64,000 bases of DNA from an uncultured Desulfurococcaceae archaeon (lineage in GTDB: Archaea > Thermoproteota > Thermoprotei_A > Sulfolobales > NBVN01), in the NCBI GenBank assembly GCA_964592745.1, contig CAZQFL010000001.1:12400-76399 (forward strand), written 5' to 3'. Shown here piece after piece: positions 1 through 7,804 of this stretch. The stretch's first letter is position 1, and every line of letters starts with the position of its first letter. The notes beneath the pieces were generated by a model that was given only the letters and a program-made list of their open reading frames with translations, ran no database searches and was not told the origin of the DNA. The position numbers and the translations under genes were made by a program.

Positions 1-86
1 TCCCAGTCCTTGGTCGTTAAGTCGTTTAAGGCCTTCCTTAAATCACTCTCGGCTTGCTTAAACCACATTAGAGCCTCTCTGCGCAT
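1..86 (-). CDS. HEPN-domain protein, 5' fragment (continues beyond left edge)
   Basis: Reverse complement starts ATG at 86..84 and reads MRREALMWFKQAESDLRKALNDLTTKDW, the usual first helix of HEPN proteins. Too short for the ORF track. Confidence 0.4.
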   Translation of the reverse strand, partial: MRREALMWFKQAESDLRKALNDLTTKDW

Positions 87-296
87 CTCGTTAGCCCAAG
101 CACAATTATTACTGAAAGTTAATTAACTAATGATTAAGTATTCATGATATGTCACAAGGAATTTCCAGAAGGGCTATTCTTAATAAGACCTAAAGAATTA
201 CTGTATATCCCTCAATCCTCGAAATTACTTGAGAAGTAGGTCTGTATTTTAGGTAAGATTAAATTTAAATTCTCACTTCACTCTATCTTTTGAGGT

Positions 297-677
297 TTGG
301 GTTTCGTGATTGAGGACTTAAAGAAAGTGTTAAGTTTTAATGAGGGCTTAGGTAAGGTCATGGGTGATGTGCTAAGAGTTCTATACCTCTGTATGGGGTC
401 CTTATGGTTTCCTGAGTTAATTATGGAACTTAGAGGTTTTAGGGAGACCTTAGGTGAGGAAGCACCAAGCAGTGATGAGGTAAAGAGAGCAGTTGATGAA
501 TTAGCTAAGTTGGGATTAATCGAGATGAGGAGAGGTATTAGAGCTACATTCTATAGAGAGGGTGAGGAGACCTACCTAATATCAGTGAGGAGGACGCCTG
601 AAATATTAAGTGAACTGCTAAGGGACGAGAGGGTAAGGAGGTATAGAGATATATGGAAACAAGTCTTCGAGAGATAA
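297..677 (+). CDS. hypothetical protein, possibly winged-helix DNA-binding
   Basis: 126-aa ORF preceded by GAGGT. The C-terminal half (VKRAVDELAKLGLIEMRRGIRATFYREGEETYLISV) looks like a recognition helix plus beta wing. The true start may be GTG at 306. Confidence 0.5.
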   Translation: MGFVIEDLKKVLSFNEGLGKVMGDVLRVLYLCMGSLWFPELIMELRGFRETLGEEAPSSDEVKRAVDELAKLGLIEMRRGIRATFYREGEETYLISVRRTPEILSELLRDERVRRYRDIWKQVFER

Positions 678-715
678 ACAAATAAGGTTTTACTCCTTAA
701 GACTTAACTAGATCG

Positions 716-771
716 GGGATGATGTAGATTGGTCTTTGATGATTGATGAATGAGGGAGCGATTGCTGACCT
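716..771 (+). ncRNA. weak C/D box sRNA candidate (degenerate boxes)
   Basis: ATGATGT (719-725), 10 nt, TTGA (736-739), loop tga, TTGATGA (743-749), 15 nt, CTGA (765-768). It is intergenic, but box and spacer deviations are large. Confidence 0.25.
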
Positions 772-843
772 AACTTTATGATAGGGCCTTGCGATCCCTT
801 TTTAACTTCACCAATTTACTTAGTAATTAGGTAGAGGGTATTA

Positions 844-1857
844 ATGAGTAGTGAGGCAATTGTTGTTAAAGAGTTAAGAAAGAGGTATGTTACGAAGAAG
901 AGGTTAGGGTTATTTAGGTCTAAGACCGAGGTTGTTGAAGCCTTAAGGGGTATCTCCTTTCGTGTTAGATATGGTGAGGTAGTCGGGTTATTAGGACCTA
1001 ATGGTGCTGGTAAGACAACAACTATTAAGATACTCTCAACACTTCTCCTACCAGATGATGGTGAAGTATTTGTTGGGGGCTACGATGTTGTAAGGGAGGC
1101 CAACAATATCCGAAAAATTATTGGGGTTATGTTTGGTGTTGAGAAGGGTTTCTATGGCAAGTTAACTGGTAGAGAGAATCTAAAGTACTTCGCTGCTCTA
1201 TACGGATTAAGTAGCTCAATTATTGAGAAAAGAGTTAATGAGCTACTTAAATTACTTGAACTCGATAAGCTTGGGGCTTCAGATAAGTTATTTGAAGAGT
1301 ATAGCTTAGGTATGAAGGCTAGATTATCACTTGCTAGGGCATTACTGAAGGATCCACCAATACTATTACTCGATGAGCCAACACTAGGTCTAGACCCGAT
1401 AAGTGCTAGGAAAATTAGGGATTTAGTTAGGGGGTTAGCTCATAGGGAAGGTAAGGCAGTACTATACACTACACACAACATGTTTGAAGCTGAGATAGTA
1501 TGTGATAGGATCTTACTCATAAATAACGGCTTAATAGTCGCTGAAGGAACACCTAGTGAGCTAAAGTCTAGGATACCAAGGATAAGAGTTCTATCAGTAA
1601 CTATTAGGGCTACTAAAGAATCGATAACAACACTCAATAAAGTGCTCACTGAAGTACTTAATGATGTATCCGTGAGTGTTAAGGAGGTAAGTAGTGGAGT
1701 ATATGAGTTAAGACTTAAAGTTAGAAATGTTGAGGAAGTGATGAATGAGGTGATAAGGAGTATAGCTTCAAGAGGCAACGAAATAATTAATCTTAAGGTT
1801 GAGGAGCCAACACTTGAGGATGTGTTCATATATTTCACGGGTAATGTGAGAGAATGA
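844..1857 (+). CDS. ABC transporter ATP-binding protein (ABC-2 exporter type)
   Basis: Walker A GPNGAGKTT, signature-like YSLGMKARL, Walker B LLLDEPTLGLD. ATGA overlap with the next gene. Confidence 0.9.
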   Translation: MSSEAIVVKELRKRYVTKKRLGLFRSKTEVVEALRGISFRVRYGEVVGLLGPNGAGKTTTIKILSTLLLPDDGEVFVGGYDVVREANNIRKIIGVMFGVEKGFYGKLTGRENLKYFAALYGLSSSIIEKRVNELLKLLELDKLGASDKLFEEYSLGMKARLSLARALLKDPPILLLDEPTLGLDPISARKIRDLVRGLAHREGKAVLYTTHNMFEAEIVCDRILLINNGLIVAEGTPSELKSRIPRIRVLSVTIRATKESITTLNKVLTEVLNDVSVSVKEVSSGVYELRLKVRNVEEVMNEVIRSIASRGNEIINLKVEEPTLEDVFIYFTGNVRE

Positions 1858-2663
1858 CATTTCGTGAGTTACTTAAAGCTGAGGCTATCTTTGTTTACGC
1901 TGACATCTTTAGGAGGAAGGCTGTCCTATTCACATATATCGCCTTCCCTTACATACTAACAATGTTTATAGTATTGATAGGCTCATCTGTGGGGTCTTAC
2001 CAGGCATTTAAGGAGAGGTTAGGTACGGACCCAATACCATTCTTCCTAACGGCTTCCTACTTAATGATGTCTGTACTTGCAGTATCTGATGATGTACTCT
2101 GGAAACCCATTCATGATAAAATGATGGGGACGTTACCATATATACTCGTAACACATGTGAGTAAGTTACTTTACTTTATAACCATACCGATCCCTAGACT
2201 AGCATTAGTTATACTCTTAGGATTTGCATCACTCCCACCAGTATTTATCTTCTTTTACGGTATTGAGGGTGTTTACACAGTTTTTAGGATAGTACTCATG
2301 TCATTACTCTCTTCAGTACTCTACATAACGTTCTCGATACTACTTGTAGGTACGTTATACAGTATAGGTGGTGAGAGCTGGAGGATACTTAACATAGTTA
2401 GACCACTTCTGCTAATATTCTTAGGTATATATTACCCTAAATTTCTCATGCCCACAATGTTGTTTATAGTGTCATCGCTACTACCACCATCATATATCAT
2501 AGAATTAATGTATAGGTCGTTACTTAATATTATGACATCTCAAACCTACGTTCTTGAGCTTATGGGTTTAGCTATAGCTATATCTTTAATCTACGCACCA
2601 TTAGGTAGTAAAGCATTAGGTTCCTGGGAGCGTAGGAAGGTATCTAAGGGTGTTGAGGTATGA
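1854..2663 (+). CDS. ABC-2 type transporter permease
   Basis: 269 aa with multiple hydrophobic spans. 4-nt overlaps with both neighbours. Confidence 0.8.
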   Translation: MTFRELLKAEAIFVYADIFRRKAVLFTYIAFPYILTMFIVLIGSSVGSYQAFKERLGTDPIPFFLTASYLMMSVLAVSDDVLWKPIHDKMMGTLPYILVTHVSKLLYFITIPIPRLALVILLGFASLPPVFIFFYGIEGVYTVFRIVLMSLLSSVLYITFSILLVGTLYSIGGESWRILNIVRPLLLIFLGIYYPKFLMPTMLFIVSSLLPPSYIIELMYRSLLNIMTSQTYVLELMGLAIAISLIYAPLGSKALGSWERRKVSKGVEV

Positions 2664-3466
2664 GTAGGTTAGCCGTCATCAAGGCTGTATTTGAGGCTTA
2701 CTTTAAGGCTGAATTAGTTAGGGAGCATGGAGCTGTACTTGGTATTCTCTCATTATCTCTATGGCTAGCATTGTTTTTAACTCCTCTATGGTTATTTGCT
2801 CCTAAGTCTGTCAATGTCTCACTATTTGGGAGTTTTGCTTTCATAGGTATATTGATATTTGTATCATATACTATGGCCTCATGGGATTGGGGCTGGCAGT
2901 TAAGGTGGCTACTTTATCAAGGCATTCTTGAGTATGTGATAGTTAGCGGTAGAGATATTTTAATACTTTACGTGGGCATAATACCTGTTTCACTGATATG
3001 GTTAAGTTTTGTTGGGTTAGTAGCTTACGCAATAATCACTATGCTTATAGGGCCTCCATTATTAATGGTTAATGATGCTCTCCTGTTGTGTATAGGTATT
3101 ATAACCTTAATTCTTGTACTTCTATCATATGCGTTGATACTTGGTGGTACAACAATAGCTGTAGGTACTAGTGGCCCGATAGTTGAGTTCATAAGTTGGA
3201 TATTACCTATAGCAACAGGAGGTTTAACACCTCTTCAGAACTTACCTGAACCATTAAGGATTTTTGCATTATGTACACCATTCAGTTACCCAGCAGAGCT
3301 TATTAGATATGCTCTAGGATTGAGTGGTACCGTTATGGACGTTCAACTAGAGTGTCTTGTAGGGGTTCTTTACGCAATACTATTCTTCATAGCTGGTTTT
3401 ACCTACTTTAAGCTTCAGTTAAAGAGGATATTAAGGGAAGGAATTAAGTCAGTAGCAATGTATTAG
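2660..3466 (+). CDS. ABC-2 type transporter permease (second, distinct subunit)
   Basis: 268 aa polytopic membrane protein, translationally coupled to the upstream permease. Confidence 0.8.
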   Translation: MSRLAVIKAVFEAYFKAELVREHGAVLGILSLSLWLALFLTPLWLFAPKSVNVSLFGSFAFIGILIFVSYTMASWDWGWQLRWLLYQGILEYVIVSGRDILILYVGIIPVSLIWLSFVGLVAYAIITMLIGPPLLMVNDALLLCIGIITLILVLLSYALILGGTTIAVGTSGPIVEFISWILPIATGGLTPLQNLPEPLRIFALCTPFSYPAELIRYALGLSGTVMDVQLECLVGVLYAILFFIAGFTYFKLQLKRILREGIKSVAMY

Positions 3467-3476
3467 GTGTTACGAA

Positions 3477-3689
3477 ATGAAGGTTAAGGTAATCATATAC
3501 CCTGATGAAAGAGTAAGGGAGATTACCATAGAGGGTAAAGAGAACATTAAAGTACGTGAGATACTACGTAAGATAGGACTTGACGAATTTAGTGTTATAG
3601 TTAAACTCCGTAATAAAATCGTTATGGAGGATGAAACCATAAAGGATGGTGACGTTCTCGAAGTCTACGAGGTGATGTCGAGTGGGTAA
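3477..3689 (+). CDS. ThiS/MoaD/TtuB-like beta-grasp protein with atypical C-terminus (-SSG)
   Basis: 70 aa. ThiS-like pattern ...TIKDGDVLEVYEVMSSG, but it ends Ser-Ser-Gly instead of Gly-Gly. Overlaps the ttuA-like start by 8 nt. Confidence 0.65.
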   Translation: MKVKVIIYPDERVREITIEGKENIKVREILRKIGLDEFSVIVKLRNKIVMEDETIKDGDVLEVYEVMSSG

Positions 3690-4689
3690 ATGTAGCGTAT
3701 GTGGTGCTAAAGCAGTCATAAGAATACCCTATGCAAGGATTAACCTATGTGAGAAGCATTTCGTCGAATATTATGAGAGAAGGATTGAGCGTACCATAGT
3801 AAGGTATGGCCTAATTAGTAAAGGCATGAGGATTGTTGTAGCGATTTCTGGAGGGAAGGATAGTGCTTCATTAGCTTATGTACTTAGTAAGATTGCTGAT
3901 AAGTATGATCTTAAGTTATTGATCTTACACATAGATCTAGGTATTAATAATTATTCAACCAAGGCCAGAGAAGTAGTTGAGGAATTCTCTAAGCTCATTA
4001 AGGTTCCTGCAGCAATAATTTCAGTTAAGGATGTGTTAAGTTTAGGTATACCTGAACTAGCTAAGTTAAGTAGGAGGCCAACATGTTCCGTATGTGGCCT
4101 CGTTAAAAGGTATATCATGAATGCTTTCGCGATTGAAGTCAGAGCCGATGCTGTATGTACTGGCCATAACATGGATGATATCATGGTAAACATATTAAAG
4201 GAGTTTCTAAATCAAAACTTTGAAGGTATGGTGAAGTTAGTTCCAAAGACACTATCCCAGAATGGTATTGCTGTAGGCAGGATTAGACCTCTCTACGAAA
4301 CTACTGAAAGGGAGGATCTAGCTTATGCATTAATAAATAATTTACCATTCCTTAAAGTCACTTGCCCATACATGAATATTGGAGGAATCGACACGGATCT
4401 AAAGAGATACCTACATCACCTAGACTCTAAATATTCAGGTATAAGAATATCTTTCATAAGGAGATTTGTAAGTAATGTTGAGAAGTACTGGAAGCATATC
4501 GCTAACGAAGGAGAGGTAAATAAGTGTAAGTATTGTGGATTAATTTCTCAAGGTGATACATGCTCATTCTGCAACTTAACTAAACGTGTACTAGGAGAAC
4601 CTGCAGGTCCTAAGGTTAGGGAGTACATAAGAAGTTATTTAAGGGATCATATGTTAAGTTACCTGAATGATGATTTGGGTTCCGACTGA
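3682..4689 (+). CDS. ttuA: tRNA 2-thiolation protein, TtuA/NcsA family (PP-loop ATPase)
   Basis: PP-loop SGGKDS. N-terminal zinc finger CSVCG...CEKH and C-terminal CKYCG...CSFC. Central CSVCG plus TCPY cysteines, as for the Fe-S cluster of TtuA. Confidence 0.85.
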   Translation: MGKCSVCGAKAVIRIPYARINLCEKHFVEYYERRIERTIVRYGLISKGMRIVVAISGGKDSASLAYVLSKIADKYDLKLLILHIDLGINNYSTKAREVVEEFSKLIKVPAAIISVKDVLSLGIPELAKLSRRPTCSVCGLVKRYIMNAFAIEVRADAVCTGHNMDDIMVNILKEFLNQNFEGMVKLVPKTLSQNGIAVGRIRPLYETTEREDLAYALINNLPFLKVTCPYMNIGGIDTDLKRYLHHLDSKYSGIRISFIRRFVSNVEKYWKHIANEGEVNKCKYCGLISQGDTCSFCNLTKRVLGEPAGPKVREYIRSYLRDHMLSYLNDDLGSD

Positions 4690-4719
4690 TTAATGATGTG
4701 GAGGTCCGGGTTCTGACCC
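4664..4719 (+). ncRNA. C/D box sRNA candidate
   Basis: C ATGATGA (4667-4673), 12-nt guide TTTGGGTTCCGA, D' CTGA (4686-4689), loop tta, C' ATGATGT (4693-4699), 13-nt guide GGAGGTCCGGGTT, D CTGA (4713-4716). Confidence 0.6.
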
Positions 4720-5298
4720 TATCCTCCCTATATACTTTAGTGATCTCTCAAGACCTAATTCATTAACTAATTTCATCAATTCATCATTGATAATGCTAGT
4801 TCCACATACTCTAAGTATGCAGTAGGTTACTATGTCTGTAGATTTATGTAAGAGAATTTGAAGTTCCTCCCTATTAGCGTACTTCCCTTCATGAATTAAC
4901 AACAAACTTCTTGTTGGATGAGTAAACTCACTTATATTCAAGTAGGTCCTAACTATTTCCTTCTTAATGCTTAAATGTAAGTCTCTTATTTTATTAATCA
5001 TTTTAATATTAAACGTAGTAGCTGATTTCTCCCTTCTCCTAACCTCCCTTAAGACTCCCTCCTCACTTACACCATACTTGTTAAAGTAATAAAGAAGCTG
5101 AATTGACGCTTCAATTACTACCTTTAAGCTTCTCAATAAATCTATGTAGTGTTTAATCCTTAAGTTCTCACGCATTAATGTTACTTCATTCTCCATTAGT
5201 TTAAGTAAGCTTATATAGTAGGTAAGCCTCAGGTCGCATTTATCTAAAGTACTTACTATTAGCCTACTCATGAATTTTAAGTAATGATTAATGCTCAT
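4690..5298 (-). CDS. hypothetical protein
   Basis: ORF 4690..5319. I prefer the ATG at 5298 (MSINHYLKF...) because the first 7 codons lie in the sRNA candidate. No recognisable motif. Confidence 0.55.
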   Translation of the reverse strand: MSINHYLKFMSRLIVSTLDKCDLRLTYYISLLKLMENEVTLMRENLRIKHYIDLLRSLKVVIEASIQLLYYFNKYGVSEEGVLREVRRREKSATTFNIKMINKIRDLHLSIKKEIVRTYLNISEFTHPTRSLLLIHEGKYANREELQILLHKSTDIVTYCILRVCGTSIINDELMKLVNELGLERSLKYIGRIGSEPGPPHH

Positions 5299-5349
5299 CA
5301 GACACCGCCACGTCATCACTCATCAGTAGCGGTCGAGTTACATCACCAC
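5295..5349 (-). ncRNA. C/D box sRNA candidate
   Basis: On the minus strand: C GTGATGT (5346..5340), 13-nt guide AACTCGACCGCTA, D' CTGA (5326..5323), loop tga, C' GTGATGA (5319..5313), 11-nt guide CGTGGCGGTGT, D CTGA (5301..5298). Sits in the gap between two minus-strand genes. Confidence 0.55.
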
Positions 5350-5354
5350 CTAAC

Positions 5355-5567
5355 TCATCCACCTTCCGCTAAGACTGTCACAATAACTCTTTTATACTTA
5401 CATATGTCTTCATCCTCACTTAAGACTTTACCATCACCTATGACCATATATTCTACATCTTTACTTAACTTAAGGATTTCAATAAGCTTTTTAATGTTCA
5501 TAGGCGACTCATCACATACTAAGTTTACTTCCCTAGCCACTCTCTCGATGATTCTTATAGTTACCAT
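5355..5567 (-). CDS. ThiS/MoaD/SAMP-like beta-grasp protein ending in Gly-Gly
   Basis: 70 aa, MVTIRII...VIVTVLAEGG. Size and the C-terminal diglycine are typical of sulfur-carrier or ubiquitin-like proteins. Confidence 0.6.
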   Translation of the reverse strand: MVTIRIIERVAREVNLVCDESPMNIKKLIEILKLSKDVEYMVIGDGKVLSEDEDICKYKRVIVTVLAEGG

Positions 5568-5647
5568 ATGTACACCTCGGACACGTATGTCTAAGCGGTA
5601 AGGATGTATTTGAGATAATAAATTATTTATCTTGGTTTAAATGGTGG

Positions 5648-6247
5648 TTAAGGCCATATAGTTTCTATAGACTTAACTTTTAATGGATCAACATACTCGA
5701 CTTTATTATTTCTAAGAAGTACCAATGATCCATCAAGTTTTAATCCAAGTACTTCGCCGGAAATTTTTGATCCATCCCTTAAAATTATCAATACCTCCTC
5801 ACCAAGTAATGTTAGATTTCTCATATACTCCTGAATATATTTGAACCTTAAACCTTCCCTTAAATCATTAAGTATGTTTGAGAGTATTAATTCAAATCTT
5901 GCAATGAACTCCTGAACATCCCTTAAATTTGAGATACTTGCTAAGGTATCTTCATATATAATTAAGGTTAATGTAATCTCCCCGTAGTCATTACTAAACC
6001 TAACATCATCCAATGTATATTTAAACATTAAGGACTCTCCACATAGTACCTCATTAGGCCATCTTAAACTTAAATAACCATCTCTACACTCATTAACGCT
6101 TCTAATTAGTGCTAACCCTATACATAAGTAGGCTATACTTAAGCAACTCTTAGGAATGACCATTAAGATTTTAAGTAAGTTCTTACTTAAACGATTAATA
6201 CTGACTACATAACTCCCTAATGGCTTACTCAAGGAAGTAATCCCCAT
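5648..6247 (-). CDS. biotin/lipoate protein ligase family homologue, N-terminally short and degenerate
   Basis: LRWPNEVL matches the KWPNDV motif. The C-terminal SH3-like tail (GSKISGEVLGLKLDGSLVLL) resembles archaeal BirA. No GRGRxGRxW biotin loop is present. Confidence 0.5.
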   Translation of the reverse strand: MGITSLSKPLGSYVVSINRLSKNLLKILMVIPKSCLSIAYLCIGLALIRSVNECRDGYLSLRWPNEVLCGESLMFKYTLDDVRFSNDYGEITLTLIIYEDTLASISNLRDVQEFIARFELILSNILNDLREGLRFKYIQEYMRNLTLLGEEVLIILRDGSKISGEVLGLKLDGSLVLLRNNKVEYVDPLKVKSIETIWP

Positions 6248-6328
6248 AGTACATCAATAATGTGAAGCTATTAAGTCTAAGATCGATATATAAACCTCCA
6301 CTCCATCATAGTTGACGGGAATGATCTT

Positions 6329-7741
6329 ATGGGGACGTGTTTTACGAGAATACACTATGTATTAATACTATCAATTACGGTATTATTAATTCTTCAGGCA
6401 ATGAGTAACGCTGTTAATGCGGTAAGCACCTATGGTCAGGTAATTGAGTATACTCTTTACCTTATTGATTACGGCTACATAGTTGTTGCTACAGATGAAA
6501 TAGCTTATTTTGAGATGCCTTTAAACTATAGCGATGGTACTCTAAATCAGACTGTCATAGTAGTTAACATAGGCGGCAATAGTTACATAAATAGATCAGG
6601 TGATAATGTTATCATTGGTTTAAAGATGTATAATCTAACTGACGCTTTCATGGTTGCTAAAATTCATGTTAAAATGATTAACTTTACCAAGGTACTTACG
6701 GAGATCATGAACAATCCTGACTTGTTTAAAAATGACTACGTAATTCCCTCAGACATTTTGAGGAAGTTCGTTAAGACCCCAGCTAAGATAGTTGATGATA
6801 CTGTTGTTAAAGATTTTGAAAAGTGGTTTAAAGAGAGGACAGGTAGGAATGTAAATGCGGTAAGTAAGGCATACTTAGCTTTATCGGCAGCTTATTTCAT
6901 TTACAAGAGTGGCTATATAAAGTACTCACCAAGTGCTCTACCTAGAACTATAGAGGATATTATAAATAGTAAGTCTGGAGACTGTGATGACATGTCTAGG
7001 GTTCTCATGAACCTCCTATGGCATTATGGAATACCAGCTAAAATAGAGTATGGTTATGTGTATTTACCCTTATATTTACCAGTACCTGTTGAAAATTCCA
7101 TAATGTACTTCAAGAATGCGGGTCCTCATGGTTATGTTGTAGCATATATACCCCCCTTAGGCTGGGTTTCATTAGATTTACTAGCAGGTGCTAGACTCAT
7201 ATATCCTGTAGTTGTTACAGGGTACGATATATCTTCTGACGTCAGTGCTGAGAGTGTTGAAGAGGCTAAGAGATTTAATAGAGTAAATATCTACTCAGAG
7301 TTAATTGAGTTAATCGATGTCGATGAATTAGATAAACTAGGCATAAATATAACTGATGATTCATCTGTACGTGAACACGCATTAAAGATACTAGAGGAGA
7401 GCATTAAGAGTCAAATAAGCAAGTATATAGTTAGTCCACGAACAATAACCTATACTCATACACAAATCAAGACAGTCGTAGTGAATAGAACAGTAACGGA
7501 AAGAATAGAAGAAAGAATTACTGAGACATTGACTACAACTTCAATAAAGACAAAGGTAGTGACAAGTGAAATAACGTATACAGTAACGAACACATTAACT
7601 ACGACAGTTACCTATACTTCAACTAGGACATTAACGTTAACTAAGGAGATAGTACCAAGCCATGTATGGTATAGTATGATAGCCCTAATTGCTATAATAA
7701 TAGCTTTAGCCCTGATAACAATTAAGTATTGTAGGAGATAG
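6329..7741 (+). CDS. surface-anchored transglutaminase-like cysteine protease domain protein
   Basis: N-terminal signal or TM segment. Cys-His-Asp motifs SGDCDDMSRVLMNLLWHYGIPAKIEYGY, GPHGYVVAY and WVSLDL. Thr-rich stalk, C-terminal TM and a basic tail (KYCRR). Confidence 0.75.
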   Translation: MGTCFTRIHYVLILSITVLLILQAMSNAVNAVSTYGQVIEYTLYLIDYGYIVVATDEIAYFEMPLNYSDGTLNQTVIVVNIGGNSYINRSGDNVIIGLKMYNLTDAFMVAKIHVKMINFTKVLTEIMNNPDLFKNDYVIPSDILRKFVKTPAKIVDDTVVKDFEKWFKERTGRNVNAVSKAYLALSAAYFIYKSGYIKYSPSALPRTIEDIINSKSGDCDDMSRVLMNLLWHYGIPAKIEYGYVYLPLYLPVPVENSIMYFKNAGPHGYVVAYIPPLGWVSLDLLAGARLIYPVVVTGYDISSDVSAESVEEAKRFNRVNIYSELIELIDVDELDKLGINITDDSSVREHALKILEESIKSQISKYIVSPRTITYTHTQIKTVVVNRTVTERIEERITETLTTTSIKTKVVTSEITYTVTNTLTTTVTYTSTRTLTLTKEIVPSHVWYSMIALIAIIIALALITIKYCRR

Positions 7742-7744
7742 TAT

Positions 7745-7799
7745 AGTGTGATGAGTTTGGCTAAATCTGAGTAATGATGATACCTGGCCTTACTGAAAC
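7745..7799 (+). ncRNA. C/D box sRNA (canonical)
   Basis: C GTGATGA (7748-7754), 12-nt guide GTTTGGCTAAAT, D' CTGA (7767-7770), loop gta, C' ATGATGA (7774-7780), 12-nt guide TACCTGGCCTTA, D CTGA (7793-7796). Fills the 63-nt gap between convergent genes. Confidence 0.85.
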
Positions 7800-7804
7800 T
7801 ACTT

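Noticed and set aside
5284-5601. 105-aa plus-strand ORF (His/Ser/Thr/Leu-rich).
   Set aside because: It overlaps the minus-strand Gly-Gly beta-grasp gene and the C/D sRNA candidate, so it is most likely a shadow ORF.
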